Notes: generated from the sequence alone by a model not told the origin. 64,000 nucleotides of DNA from Eledone cirrhosa (GCA_964016885.1 OZ024744.1:76508001-76572000); one strand, 5' to 3'; positions 26,745-41,160 are shown, counted from the first letter of the stretch. Numbers and translations: made by a program.

Positions 26745-27221
26745 TGAAGAAGAAGAAGAAGAAGAAGAAGAAGAAGAAGAAGAAGAAGAAGAAGAAGAAG
26801 AAGAAGAAGAAGAAGGCAAAGAAGAAGAAGAAGAAGAAGAAGAAGAAACAGCAGCAATAGCAGCAGCAGCTTTTACTGTTGCTCTCATTATTTTTATCCC
26901 TTCGATGTTACTTTTACCACTTGAAATGTTGATGTTCGCCTTAACGTTGTTGTTGTTGTTGTTGGTGGTGGTGGAGGTGGTGTTCTTAGCAGTGCCGAAC
27001 TCTTTATCATTCTTGCGTTACACTACAGCAGTACCAAATAATGTCCAACTGCCCATACACATTATATATACACTTGCTAATACGCTTCAGTGAAAAATTT
27101 TTCGGATAAAGCCCACCATTTTCCATTTTCGCTTCGGCAAACAAAACTTTCAAAGCAGACGATAATCTTAACGCTACTACTACTACTATTACTACTACTA
27201 CTACTGCTATTGCTGCTACTG

Positions 27222-27288
<67 letters not shown>

Positions 27289-27750
27289 CACCACCACCAC
27301 CACTACTACTACTACTACTGCTGCTGTTGATAGAGTCGTCAGTGAAGTTGCTGTATACCTGTGGCGGTGATGTTGTTGTTGTTGTTGGTGGACGCGGTGT
27401 TGGTGGTGGTTGTCGAGGTGATGATGGTGGTGGTGACGGTGGTGGTGGTGGTGGTGGCGGTGGTGGCGGCGCCGGTGGTAGTGTTGTTGGTGGTGTTAAT
27501 GGTTGCGGTGGTGTTGTTGTTGGTGTGGTGGTGTGGTGGTGGTGGTGGTTAATGGTTGTGGTGGTGATGGCAATGTTGGTTGGTGTGTGTTGGGCTTATT
27601 ACCGCTTATTGTTGGAATAGTGTTGTTGGTGTTGTTGTTATTGTTGTTGCTGGACAACAATATTCATTTTCATTGTTGTAAGTTGATACTGCCTTTTGTC
27701 GTCGTCGTCGTCGTCGTTATTGTTGTTGTTGTGACTGTTGTTGTTGACAC
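26745..27750. repeat. Trinucleotide repeat cluster (GAA, CTA, CCA, GGT, GTT, GTC)
   Basis: Direct inspection. Confidence 0.9.
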
Positions 27751-27911
27751 CGTCTTTATAACTAGGCGAACGAATATTTTATTTATTTATGGAATATATC
27801 ATGTAAACTATGTAAATATAGTTTGATAGAAAAAAAAAAAAGAAAGTTTAGATTGAGAAGAAAGAATAGAATGTAAAATAAGAAAATATAAAGGGAAAAA
27901 AAAAAAACGTA

Positions 27912-28255
27912 AAAGGAAGGGAATGGCAAGGACTTCAGTGTCACAGAAGAATGAGGAGGTGGAAGGGGGAGGGAGGGTGATTGGGCTTTAGGCCTAGTGC
28001 ACGGTTATGTTTGGGCTGCGTCCCACGGACAAGACCACAACAAATTGCATTCCCCGCGGACAATGGCCAGCGCCACCCGCTGTAACAGATCACCACACCT
28101 CACGGGGAGCTCCTTCTTCAGACGGGCCGCTGACGTTGCCATCATCTTGCGGAGGAGCTCGACTGTACGGAATTCAAGTATGCCTGAGGTCTCGAGTGTT
28201 CTCCGCCTTCAAGTTAGTCGCTTCGGTCACAAACACCGGTACGAGGAGAACTTGA
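27912..28255 (-). mobile_element. CRE-like RLE LINE 3' fragment
   Basis: Minus strand ETSGIL...LAIVRGMQ. Homologous to 42255-42515. Confidence 0.6.
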
Positions 28256-28369
28256 AAGTGTTTTTTTTTTCTTTTTTTTTTGGGGGGGGGGGGGTTGTCG
28301 GTAACAATCGCAAAGTTTATACTAATATTTTTTTATTATCAATGTAGGGAAAACTTTTATTATGTCAGC

Positions 28370-28572
28370 TATGGCAGTATCGGTATAGTGGGACACTATG
28401 CTTTGCAGCATAGAGTTACGCTCCTTTACGGTCTGAGTTCAAATTCCACCGAGGTTAACTTTTCCTTTCATCCTTACGGGGTCGATAAAATAAAGTACCA
28501 GTAACGTACTGGGGTCGATTTAATTGACTTTCCCTTCCCCTAAAATTACTGGCCTTATGCCTATACTAGAAA
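28370..28572 (+). mobile_element. tRNA-derived SINE
   Basis: Same family as 14293. Confidence 0.75.
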
Positions 28573-28888
28573 TCACGTTTTACAAAAAGAAGTTACACTG
28601 ATGGAAATATGAAAAAAAAAAGCAAGTAATAAGAAGGACAGATCTGGTTGTATGGGAAAATAGAGGAAAGGACTATAAATGGCATAAATTAGAGGAAAAG
28701 GAGGGGAAAATCAGGGACTTTTGGGTCACGGAAGAAAGGAAGGAGGAAGAGGAAAGGGTGACGGGCTCAATACCCAGGGTGGGGTGGTTTCTGGGCTGCA
28801 TCCTACGGTTAAAACCTGCAGGGTCAGAAAAAAATGTTTTTGTTTTTTTAATTTTCTCGATATTCTTGTCTTTGGTTTTGCTTTTAGA

Positions 28889-29337
<449 letters not shown>

Positions 29338-29589
29338 CACAATGATATTATCAGAGCTGGGTCTGGATATTTTTAGCACCATAGGCTAGCTCTACATTGT
29401 GAACCTCTTTTCTCCCAGGTATACCCCGCCCCATTCGCCCAAGTATACGTCCCTCCCCTCATTCTCCTAAATACAGTAATTTCATCTTACAGTTTGATTA
29501 AGGTGACAAAAAACTAGTTTTTTTTAAATACTTGTTGATCTAATGACACTAAGAAAAGTACTAAGTCTATATTTACCATTTCAGTGTCC

Positions 29590-29830
29590 ACGCTGATTGG
29601 TTTGATGCCGAGTGCTTCATGGCTGGAATGGAAATCAGTGCTGCGAAAACTGAAACACTCGTCCTCTCAAGAAAGCCGGCACAGTGCACTCTACATGTGA
29701 ACGGAGTTCCACTGAAGCAGTTAGAGAACTTCAAGTACCTCGGGGTCGTTTTCACGAGTGATGAAAGGCAGAAGGCTGAATTAAGTGCAAGAATAACAAA
29801 AAGCTGGAGCAGTTTCAGCATTCAGCAATT
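29590..29830 (+). mobile_element. RTE-like LINE RT C-terminal fragment
   Basis: GMEISAAKTETLV...NGVPLKQLENFKYLGVVFTSD..ELSARI. Confidence 0.75.
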
Positions 29831-30127
29831 AGAAGAAAGGTCAACAATTCTAACTTTCGAGATAACGCTAAACAATTGATGGGTAATACGAAAAAGAGGA
29901 AACTTATTAGGTGCCAGTACGACCAGGGTCAGATTTGTAGTAGGGTGGGCGGGGGATTTGCCCTCCACCCCTATCAGCTGGGGCCCTATCAGCTGTGGTG
30001 GGAACCTAGTAAGATAGATGTCCTCTGGGACAGCCAAAGGCTTGCTCCCCTCAAAATACTTAATTTCAATCCTGTAGTCAATTGATTGAAACTTCTCTAC
30101 TCTAAAGACATCAAATCGTTACAAAAA

Positions 30128-30358
30128 TAATTGTTTCTACGTTTGGAACAAGGCCAGAAATTACATTACTGGTACTTTATTTTATCGACCCCGTAAGGAT
30201 GAAAGGCAAAGTTAACCTCGGCTGGATTTGAACTCAGATCATAAAGGGACTAAGCTTCAAATCATGGTGTCCGACTCTCTACCGATACTGCCAATCCACC
30301 GCCACAAAAATAATTGTTTCTACTTTATGCACAAGGCCAGCAATTACCCAGTGCATTA
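30128..30358 (-). mobile_element. tRNA-derived SINE plus a 3' fragment
   Basis: Reverse complement of the 14293 family. Confidence 0.8.
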
Positions 30359-30764
30359 CCACAAAAATAATATTAACAAAACATACTTATGGCAATTCAT
30401 CAAAATTTCTTTACTTCAGAGACATCAGATGGTTGTTTTAGAAGGTAAGAGGGTGTAATCGTCTAGTTTTATGCAAGAATATGGTCTATGTGTGCATGTA
30501 TGTATGGGTGTATTTGTAAATGTTTATCTATATATATCTCTGTGCTTGTATGTATTTTAAAGTACATTTAAGTGTAAAAAGTGCACTTAAAATGAAAGTG
30601 GTCAGATTTTTTTCTTTTAACATCAATATATATAATTTGATAATTTCAATTAGATTGTCAAGCTGACTTTGAAATGTAAACCTGAGGGTTTGTTGTGTAT
30701 TTTAATTTTTTGTGTATGAGGGTCTCCTCACAACATCAAACTTGAAGTGCCCCGGGGTCCCCAA

Positions 30765-31015
30765 GTTATAAATCCGTGCCTGAGTAACTGAGTATCGCTT
30801 TCACCAGTGATCTGGGTCCGGGCGAGTTTGGGGAGCTTTCTCTTCTGTACGGGAACTCACGTGTAGGCCGCCTTAGTGTCGCAGCGCAGAGAATGGAGAA
30901 AACTTTGCCCCAGAAGATGGTGAGGGTAACGCGAAGGGATAGCTGACCCAACTCACCCGGATCGCTCATGCGGGTAGCCAGTCTTGCCTCACCCCGATAG
31001 TAGTGAGTAGGAATG
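30765..31015 (-). mobile_element. CRE-like RLE LINE 3' fragment
   Basis: LLTTIG..LATRMSDPGE..LSLRVTLTIFWGKVFSIL. Confidence 0.6.
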
Positions 31016-31029
31016 TCCGGATGTAATAA

Positions 31030-31420
31030 TGATTTCTAATTTAGGTACAAGACAAACATTTTGGAGGGAAAAGAAAATCGTTTATATCGAATGGACACCA
31101 GTACTTAACTGGTATTATATTTTATCGACTTCGAAAGGATGAAAGGTAAAGTTGTCCTTGGCGGGATTTGAACACAGAACCTAGAAAACCGTAACTAAAT
31201 ACCACAAAGCTTTTTGTCCGACACTCTAACGATTTTATTGGAAACTATTGTGGATGAGGAGGTGAATTGGCAGAATCGTTAGAACATCTGATAGAATTAT
31301 TTACAGCATTCGTTTGGGATCTCTGCTCGCTGAGTTCAAATCCCGCCGAGGTCAACTGACTTTGCCTTTCATCCATTCAAGGTCGATAAAAAAAGTACCA
31401 GACTAGTACTAAGGTCGATT
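31030..31420. mobile_element. Two divergent SINE copies, head to head (31030-31240 minus, 31258-31420 plus)
   Basis: B box gagttcaaatccc and the gcctttcatcc..gtcgataaaa..gtaccag domain. Confidence 0.7.
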
Positions 31421-32307
31421 CTTCCGCTATATCTCGATCTCACTTCCATTCTCTCACTTTCTCTCCTTCTTTGTATCAGATCTGGAGAAGAAAGGAGATG
31501 GGCTCCACCAGGGTAAAAAAAAGAGTCCCCAGAAACGCTGTATGGCACTCCTACGACTTCCTCAAAAGTTACCGGTTTATATTTTAGGGGTATACATATA
31601 TACATTATAGATGAGGAACAAAACTACGGTATTTTATCGGCATTTATTTTATCGACCTTAGAAATATAATTTGTAAAACTGACAGGGTGTAATTTAGACT
31701 AGAACTTAAAGGGTTGCAACTAAATACTACAAGGCAATTTGTATGCCTAACTACATATTGTGCTATCAACCACCCTCTGTAATAATAACAATAATGACGA
31801 TTTCTTACATAGTCGCGAATAGAAAAAACATTTACAGTTCCGCAAGTTTGCTTAAACATTTTAAATGTTTCTTTAATACCGCACTATATAAATAGGCAAG
31901 ACTGTAGTCTCAATGGGTGGTAGATCTAACACGCTGTCTGGTTCAACCTCACCACTTGATTCTTGGGTGTCTTTAATGGAATTCACACCGTTGAAGGCAA
32001 TTGGAACAGATTGCCATCTACACGCGGTTGCCTCACCGCCCAGGGTTTTCTAAAAGACAAGGCTGAACGCCAGTCTTTATATCAGGCCTAACGAACATCA
32101 GTCACGTCAATCTCATTATTCTGAGGGGTTTTGCTAAGGTTTTTGAGGGTGCTGCTCCTCCTTCCTGACTATCTTACAAAAGAATAACAACACTTCACAT
32201 ACCAAGTAGCTTATATGTTACATGTCGGCTTCATATACAGCTTCTAAATCTGTATTAAAATAGAGTAGAAACAGAGTTACACATTTTCTCTACGTCTTTA
32301 TGTACCA

Positions 32308-32750
32308 TACGAGGACCGACTGATAGTTCATAGGTTAACTATGAAGGAGTAATGCTAGAGCTGTGAAATCTTGCTTGCATTTATTTCAACTCTTCTTATT
32401 AATAACTACATGTTTCTTTCAGCGATTATAAACCTCATTTGGTCATTCCATAAGAGTATCTTGGTAGGGTATCTATGAAGGATTGATGCTAGAACTGTGA
32501 AATCTTACATGCATTAATTTCAACACTTCTTATTAATAACTGCATTGTTTCTTTCCAGGGACTATATTTGAAAAATAAACCTCATTTGGTCATTCCATGA
32601 GAATATCTTGGTCAGCCTATGAAGAATTGATGATAGAGCTGTGAAATCCTGCATGCATTAATTTCAATTATTCTTATTAAACAACTGCATTGTTTCTTTC
32701 CAGGGACTATGTTGGAAAATAAACCTCATTTTCTCATTCCATGAGAGTAA
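32308..32750 (+). mobile_element. Mariner-like MITE with internal triplication (~135-145 bp unit)
   Basis: Starts TA-CGAGGACCGACTGATAGTTC (mariner-type TIR). Two units contain GGGACTAT..GAAAATAA, like the GDYVEK* end of mariner transposases. Confidence 0.55.
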
Positions 32751-33312
32751 GTCAATTAAAAGTGCCTGAAAAGAAAGGTTTCAAAGCCTCTTGAGTGTAC
32801 TTCGTAATGCTTTGCAAATCTTTTACTTTCTAATTTTCTCGTTGTTATATTTACCTGACCTCTACCTAACTATCTGATATTGATTCTATCACACCACAAT
32901 ATCTTACATGCTCTCTAGACCCCTGTCTTAGCTTTTATGGCTCTAACCACTGTACCATTCCCACCAGGTTATTTTCCACCTGGCTAGAACTGCGATCTAT
33001 ATACATATCTGGTTTTATAGAAACTTCTAGTTACCTTCTGTATTATAGATCTCTATTCCCCACTATTACTTATTTGACCTTACGTCTGACCTGGGGATCT
33101 CTCAACTATCGTACTTTCCTTCTGCAGATTACACTGTAAAAAAAAAACGTGAGTTTTTAGTTAAATTTTATATCATTGTGTAACTTGACCACCCGTCTGG
33201 ACCTTCAGGTGGTGGGTCAACTCATTTTCGCCCCTTCAGGGGCGGAATATCCATTTAAAAAATTTTTCTCCATCGAATCTTGGAAAAAATATTGTAAAAT
33301 TTTGATTACGTT

Positions 33313-35213
33313 ATGAACGCTGCGTCCAACGATAATGGTGGTGGAGAGGCGGTAAGACTACAAAGCTCGCAGTCAACAACGTCTTCTTCACTAGATACTA
33401 TAGAGATGGAAAGACAAAATGAAAATAAAAAAACGAATTCATATCCAAACAACACAAATGACACCAAACAGTTCAATGACAACAAAAATAACAGCAAAAC
33501 CAATAATGATGATAAAAGCAACAATGATAACAACAACAAAGAAAAAAAGAAAAACAACACCAAAACAACAACACCAAGGAAAATACGGATGATACCAACA
33601 TCGGTGACAACAAGAATAACAACAACAATAACAACAATAATGACAACACCACCAATACGGATTCCACAAAGAAACCAAAAATCTCCTTTGCAGAGAAAGT
33701 TCAAAAGAAGGAAGAATTGATATATCTCGACATAACAAATGCTGAACAACTTTTAAAGGACGCTAAGAGATATGTCACTTTCGAAAAAAATGATGCTTTC
33801 AGCATCAATTCTCCGGTAGAAATTCGCAAGGAAACTGCTCTCAAAACGATAGTTTTTAGGACAGTTTCCAATTCTACCCGAAAACCAGCCCAATTGTCAC
33901 AGAAAGAAATTGAACTGGTTTTCAAAAATTCAATGAATGATATTGCATTCATTCAAAGAAGCAAACTTTTTGGGAGTATTTCGGTACTCATGAAGTATCA
34001 ATTGACGGCCCAAAATTACTCTGTGTCGCCAATTGTATCCAACTTGTACACCTTTTTCCCTACATTCATGGGAAAAAGGACACAAAAGATCAGAATCACG
34101 AGTGTCACACCAAAGGGTAACATATGGTGGATACTGTGCGGCTTCATCAATTTTGATGAAGACAGAATACTGTCAGTAGGAAAGTCCCCCAGAGATGTAT
34201 TCAATGGGACTAGCATTGAAGTTCTGGTGCAAATGAGCCCAGAGCGAATAGCTATGATCCCACAGCGTGTACTCCTGGAGGAACTCACCTACATAAACTT
34301 TTTGGTTGAGGGTAGGCGGCCTTCATGTTACCATTGCTTTAGCAGGGGTCACCTGAGGGCTTCCTGTCCTAAATTAATGAACCAAAAAAAGGGCTCTTCT
34401 GCCGACACCCATCAAAACAACACAACCACCAACACCACCACAACAACAACAACTACACCAACACACAAAAATAACCACAACAAACACAGTCCCACCCAAC
34501 CCCACTCCACGTAAAACCACTGCAAAATCACATACAGACACAACAGCTCCCCAAGACATACCCCTCCCCAATCACACAGACGATACAACAGATGAGGCTA
34601 TCTCGCCATCACCCAGTGAAGACGAGGGAGAACCCCATCGCTCGAAAAGAAAGAAAAGACATCACAAAAGCAAAAAACCAGCAAACACTACCACAAACAT
34701 ACAATCACCAACACAAATAACAAAAATATCACAAACAAAACCCCCACCTCCTGAAAACAAAATACCTACAACAAAACGAAAGCACACACAAGAACTACAG
34801 ACAAAAACAAACACAACACAAGAAAATTACACTTACACTTACATAAACACTGAAAACAAACACTAATGGAGACCATCACGAACGACCCTTCGGTGAAAAC
34901 CGAAGGGAAAACTTTCGCCCACTCTATTAAAAATAGCAAAAAACTGAACCTAAAACTGATTAGGGTCCCTATACAAATTTATAGGTCCCTAAAAGAAACA
35001 TTTGAGAAGGATGTGGGTAATTCCTGCGTGAAACCACTCAACCGCGTCCTTCTCAAATGTCTCCCCACCCCAGACACCCCCATCCCACCAGACCCCACCC
35101 CACCAAACATCTCCGTCCCCACTCCGCCGGAAACCACCACCCATCCAGACAACCCCTCCAACACCCCCATGGAAATCGTGCGGCCTGGTCCCCAGGAGAC
35201 GAAGGGTGAGTGA
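33313..35213 (+). pseudogene. LINE ORF1 (gag-like, zinc knuckle), disrupted
   Basis: VEGRRPSCYHCFSRGHLRASCP (CX2CX4HX4C). Frameshift near 33717 and internal stops. Confidence 0.8.
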
Positions 35214-35246
35214 TCGCTTTTCCTCTTTTAACTTTTCAGCACCAAC

Positions 35247-38200
35247 ATGGCCAATATAAGAGTTGGATGTGTGAACGTACGCGGCCTGGGGATGCCCTGG
35301 AAACAGGGCAAACTCTTAAACGACCTCAGGTCGCACAGTATGGATGTGGTAGCCATTTGCGAGTCCAGGATCCACAGCAAGCGACAGCTGGCCTCCATCT
35401 TCGATGACTTTGAGATCTACGCATCTCTCTGTCAACCGGGGGGTTGGGGGCGGAGTTGCCGTTTTGCTGCGGAAACAACTGGGCCTCGTAACACAGACGG
35501 TACATCTGGACCCGGAGGGTCGACTGGTCGTCCTAGACGTTGACGATAGTGAAGGTGTAGCCTTCAGGCTGGTGGCCGCATATGCCCCATCCGGGACACT
35601 GCGGCCAGACTTCTTCAGACGTCTAGAGACTTTTCTGGGAACGTCCCGCTCCTTGCTTTTAGTGGGGGACTGGAATGGAATCCTAGATGCACGTTGGGAC
35701 TATGTTGTGGGAGCCTGTCCCGATAAAGAGGGGTGTAACAGCCTCAAACAGTTAATCGACCGATTTGACCTGGCCGATAGATATTGACTAGATTTTCCGA
35801 CTGCGCCACTGTGGACGTGGAGTAATCGTAGCGGAACATCTAGATCGTACTTAGATAGGGTTCTAGTTAGAAATAAGGATAGGGACATGTTAAGCTGTCC
35901 ACAAATGTTCATGGTTGCCTATTCAGATCACAAACTAGTGACCTGCATGGCCAACCTTGATAGAACCCATAGACAAGGACCCGGCTACTGGAAGCTGAAC
36001 TTGCCGTTACCGACAAGCAAAGCCTACAGTAGACGGATTAGCACTTTAATTAAACAGCACTTGACAGGGGCCATTGTCAACAACAGATGGTGGTACTCTC
36101 TCAAGAGGGCAGATAGATTAGACTCGATAGATTTTAGTAAAGAATTAGCGTTAGATAGAAATAGAACCGAGAAGGAACTGGTAGATAAAGTAGAAGAGGC
36201 AATTAGAAGTGGCAACGTAGCCAGCGTGCTAGCAACGAGAACGGCCTTGGACCAGTTCTTCGACTCAACGCACGAGGGCTGCGCTGTCAGAAGCAAAATA
36301 AGTTCTCTGGGAAACGAGGGAGCCAAAGCTGTTAGCTGGGCCCGAGTGACGGAGGCAAAAAGTGGCAACAAGTCCACGATTCGGCCTTTGAAGGACCAAA
36401 ACGGACGCGTGATACGTGAGCCGAAGCAGTTCGGGGGGGGGGGGGAGAGGCTATGGATTTTGGTCCATACCTCGACGGCCTACCGCGACTCTCGGACAGC
36501 GGGGCAAAGTTCTGCGAAAAGCCGATTTCAGCCAATGAGATAGGGGACGCGCTGAGCCAATGCGGCAAACGCAAATCTCCAGGTCTCGACGGTCTACCCT
36601 ACGAATTTTACGTAGCAATGCCGGACTTATTCTCCGGTCTCCTGGAAGCGGTCTACTACAACTGGCAACAGAACGGGAGAATTCCCAGTTCTGTAACCGG
36701 GGGGGGGGGGGGTCACACTAATCAGGAAGGACGAGAATAAGGGGGAATACATAGGAAACTTCCGGCCCATAACTCTGCTAAACACAGAGTTACAGATTTT
36801 GGCCAAGGTGTTGGCAAAGAGGCTGGCGCTTGTCGTCGAGAACCTGGTGGGAGAAGCGCAGACATGCGCAATCCCGACCAGGTCCATACACGACAACCTC
36901 CACATCATGCGATACATCATAGAGAGGGTAGGGTGTAAACCCGGCTTCGGTGGGGCCCTGATCAACTTGGATCAGTTTAAGGCTTTCGATAGGGTTGACC
37001 ATCGTTACCTGGATGCGGTGCTCGAGGCGGCAGGCTTCGGACCCGTGTTCAGGGGCTGGATTGCTGCAATTCACAACAGCAACATCTGCTCAAGGGTCAA
37101 GGTGAACGGCTACCTCTCAGAGCCATTCCATATTACGCGATCCATTCGACAGGGATGCCTTATCTCCTCCCTCTGTACGTACTGACTCTCGAGCCACTAC
37201 TGCGGAAGTTGGAGCTATTGCAGGGCATCCCTCTGGAACCGGGACTGAGGAAGGCGGCGTCGGCCTAAGCCGACGACGTGACTGTGATGGTGTCGAGCGC
37301 CTCGCAAATCGAGGAAGTCGCCACCTTACTGAAGGAATACGAAAGTTTCACAGGAGCGAAGCTGAACCGGGACAAGTTCATCGGTTTGCAACTCGGATCG
37401 TGGAGAGGCAAACCGATGCCTTCCGATGGCGTCGTCGGAGGCTGGACGGAAGGACCGGTAAAGCTGCTCGGGGTCTGGTTTGGTCCGCACCTCCAGGTGG
37501 AGAAGAACTGGAACGAAGTGACGGCCAAGGTGTTTGCACTCACCCAGAAGTGGGCCGAGTGCAAACTATCCTTGAAAGGTCGAGCGGAGGTGGCGAACAC
37601 TTTTATAGCGTCCGGCATCTACTACCGCTTGACCGTCGTGCCTTGCCCAGCCAAAACGCTCGCCAAAATGGAACGCGCGCTCTTCCGATTCCTTTGGAAG
37701 AGGCGGGCTCCTTTGGTGAAAAGAGCCATCTGCTGCCAACACCCTTCTAACGGAGGGCTGGGGATGCCGTGGTTGACGATGCGCAAACACGCGCTCAGGC
37801 TGCGGCATCTCTACGTATTCCTCACCGGACAACCGGTGTGGGCCCCGTTCGTGAGGCGAGCCGCAGTCCTGGGTCAAGCAAAGACCGAGGAAAATTGGCG
37901 ACTGGCACATCGAATGTGCTCAGGCGCTCACAGTCCTCTGGCTGGCGGTCCGGTGATCAGTGGAGACTCCACTTCGTCATTCTATAGGAGGTTGATCCGC
38001 AGCAAGTGCGACGACGCGCTCGGTGAAACTCTAGGCGTAGAGGAAGATGAACTGGCCAGTCTGTTCGATAGGACCTTTCGCCCGGGACCGATGGACAACT
38101 TCCAAAAGTCCCTGGCCTGGCAGTGCTACCGAGGAGCTCTACCAGTTCGAGACAAGCTCTACAAACATGGGCAAAAAAGATCTGTCCGTCGCGCACGTAT

Positions 38201-38574
38201 TCATACACTGCCCGAGCGTCACTGACCTGTGGAGCTATGTAGAACGACTATTGTCGCGGGTGGGACCAATCCAGTTGACCACCGAGTCCATTGTCATGAT
38301 CAAACCGCCACCCTCCTTCAAAAACGAAGTAGAGGCGGTTTTCCTTTGTGTGATAGCTATGGCGAAAGAGGTTGTATGGTGGACAAGGTTGAAAGGGCTG
38401 AGGTCAGACACCTTTCTCTCCGGCCAACAACTGATTCTTTTTTTCAAATACCACTTTGGAAGAAGAATCAGGATGGAGAGAGAGATGCTGTACCCCAGCA
38501 AGTTTTATGAAAGGTGGGTGAAAGTGGCGAGAATGGCCCGAGTGAATGGGCCTTCTCTCTATATCAGCCTGTAG
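35247..38574 (+). pseudogene. LINE ORF2: AP endonuclease + reverse transcriptase, disrupted
   Basis: NVRGL, ESR, AAYAP, GDWN, SYLDR, SDH, GPGYWKLN, KSPGLDGL, FRPITLLN, KAFDRVDH, RQGC, (Y>stop)ADD, GGLG. Frameshifts at poly-G runs. Confidence 0.92.
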
Positions 38575-38814
38575 GTTGAGGAAAAGGAGGAGGAGAGGAA
38601 AGGAGTACAAGCTCTTCGTACTCCTGGAGATGAGGGTTGCACATTTTTTTCGGGGGTATGTGTTACCCATATAAACTGTCTCCCTCTATTGGGGGAAAAT
38701 CGACTAACTTTTAAATTCCATCTGTGATAACATTTTACACGTTTTTATTGTATGTAAACTTCCCACTTTGTATTTGTCCCCTTCTTTTGTGCCCCTGTGG
38801 CTAATAAAGAAACA

Positions 38815-38829
<15 letters not shown>

Positions 38830-38850
<21 letters not shown>

Positions 38851-39408
38851 ACCGATCTGTGGGGCTATGTAGAACGACTATTGTCGCGGGTGGAACCAAT
38901 CCGGTTGACCACCGAGTCCATTGTCATGATCAAACCGTCACCCTTCCTTTATGTGATAGCTATGGCGAAAGAGGTTGTATGGTGGACGAGGTTGAAAGGG
39001 CTGAGGTCAGACACCTTTCTCTCCGGCCAACAACTGATTCTTTTTTTCAAATACCACTTTGGAAGAATAATCACGATGGAGAGAGAGGTGCTGTACCCCA
39101 GCCACTTTTATGAAAGGTGGGTGAGAATGGCCCGAGTGAATGGGCCTTCTCTCTATATCAGCCTGTAGGTTGAGGAAAAGGAGGAGGAGAGGAAGGGAGT
39201 ACAAACTCTTCGTACTCCTGGAGATGAGGGTTGCACATTTTTTTCGGGGGTATGTGTCACCCATATAAACTGTCTCCCTCTATTGGGGAAAATCGACTAA
39301 CTTTTTAAATTCCATCTGTGATAACATTTTACACGTTTTTATTGCATGTAAACTTCCCCCTTTGTATTTGTCCCCTTCTTTTGTGCCTCTGTGGCTAATA
39401 AAGAAATA
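38830..39408 (+). mobile_element. Tx1-like LINE 3' fragment, copy 2
   Basis: Close match to 38220-38812. Bounded by (TATC)n. Confidence 0.9.
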
Positions 39409-39478
39409 TATCTATCTCTCTATAGATCTCTCTATCTATCTATCTCTCTATAGATAGATATATCTATCTATCTCTCTA

Positions 39479-40412
39479 CATCGAATGTGCTCAGGCGCTC
39501 ACAGTCCTCTGGCAAACGGACCCGGCGATCAGTGGAGACTCCACTTCGACATTCTATAGAGGGTTGGTCCGCAGCAAGTGCAATGACGTGCTCGGAGAAA
39601 CTCTAGGCGTAGAGGAGGACGAACTGGCCAGTCTGTTCGGTAGGACATTCCGCTCGGGACCAATGGACAACTTCCAAATGTCCCTGGCCTGGCAGTGTTA
39701 CCGAGGAGCTCTACCAGTTCGAGACAAGCTCTATAGACACAGGAGCCCGGGTAGGGACCCTTCGAAAAAGATCTGTCCGAGATGCGTGCGTGACGGTTTC
39801 CTCGTCGCGCACGCATTTGTACACTGCTCGGGCGTAACCGACCTGTGAGGCTATGTAGAACGACTATTGTCGCGTGTGGGACCAATCCAGTTGACCACCG
39901 AGTCCATTGTCATGATCAATCCGCCACAAAACGAAGGAGAGGCGGTTTTCCTATGTGTTATGGCTATGCTGAAAGAGGTTATATGCTGGACGAGGTTAAA
40001 AGAGCTGAGGTCAGACACCTTTCTCTCCGGCGAACAACTGATTCGTTTTTTCAAATATCATTTTGGAAGAAGAATCAGGATGGAGAGAGAGGTGCTGTAC
40101 CCCAGCAAGTTTTATAAAAGGTGGGTGAATGTGGCAAAAATGGCCCGAGTGTTTGGGCCTTCCCTCTATATAAGCCTGTAGGTTGAGGAAAAAAAGGAAG
40201 AGAGGAAGGGAGTACTCACTCTTGGTGCTCCTGGAGATGAGGGTTGTACATTTTTTCGGGGTGTGTACAACCCCTGTGTAACACCTCCCCCCTATTGGGG
40301 ATTTCAATTGTTATTTGTTATTTTATTAATAGTTTTATTTTCATATACCTGTATGTAAACTCCCCATTTGTATTTGTCCCCTTCTTTTGTGCCCTTGTGG
40401 CTAATAAAGTAA
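39479..40412 (+). mobile_element. Tx1-like LINE 3' fragment, copy 3
   Basis: Homologous to 37908-38812 and retains the CPRC..H..HC finger partly deleted from copy 1. Confidence 0.9.
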
Positions 40413-40842
40413 TTTATCTATCTCTCTATAGATCTATCTATCTCTCTCTCTATCAATCCGTCCGTCCGGCCATCTATCCATCCCGTTTTTCTTTTAGCGT
40501 GTTTGAATTATATCTGGCTCGTGTTTTCATCTAAGTGGTAGGTGAGCAGGTGGCTGGCTAGTTTCCTTACGTTAATGTTATAAATGGATATTCTTTTATT
40601 TATTTATCTTTTACTCTTTTACTTGTTCCACCCAAGACCAGGATCTCCACCGTCTCTAGTACCTACTGCTACGTTTTTTTTTTTTTTGTTTGTTTGTTTA
40701 GGTTGTTAGACTGTGGTCATGCTGCAATACCACCTAGAAGAGATTTAGCCGATTATATCGATCCAAGTACTTATTAATCGATTTTTTTTATTGAACTGTT
40801 ACGTTACTTGACTTAAAAAAACAACAAACGTAAGCATAGACG

Positions 40843-40897
<55 letters not shown>

Positions 40898-40997
40898 TAA
40901 AATAACAGATTAAAGATTGAGCAAAGAATCGCTGCTTTCACCCTTAACGGGATCTTCAGAAGAGCCCTCTTTGGATTTTAATCTTCAAATTTATTAT

Positions 40998-41064
<67 letters not shown>

Positions 41065-41160
41065 TATATGTATATATTCACTTTATTAAGGCTAAATAAA
41101 ATGAATATCTATACTCTATTGAGTATTCTTTTCTCTCTGCCTTCAACTACATACGGATAT

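Larger units (their letters stand above)
33148..38812 (+). mobile_element. Near full-length, inactivated Tx1/L1-clade LINE
   Basis: ORF1 with CCHC knuckle, ORF2 with APE + RT + C-terminal domain, 3' aataaa followed by (TATC)n. Confidence 0.92.

Noticed and set aside
33148-38812. Active LINE with only homopolymer sequencing errors
   Set aside because: Besides the poly-G frameshifts it has true stops (including in YADD) and a zinc-finger deletion.
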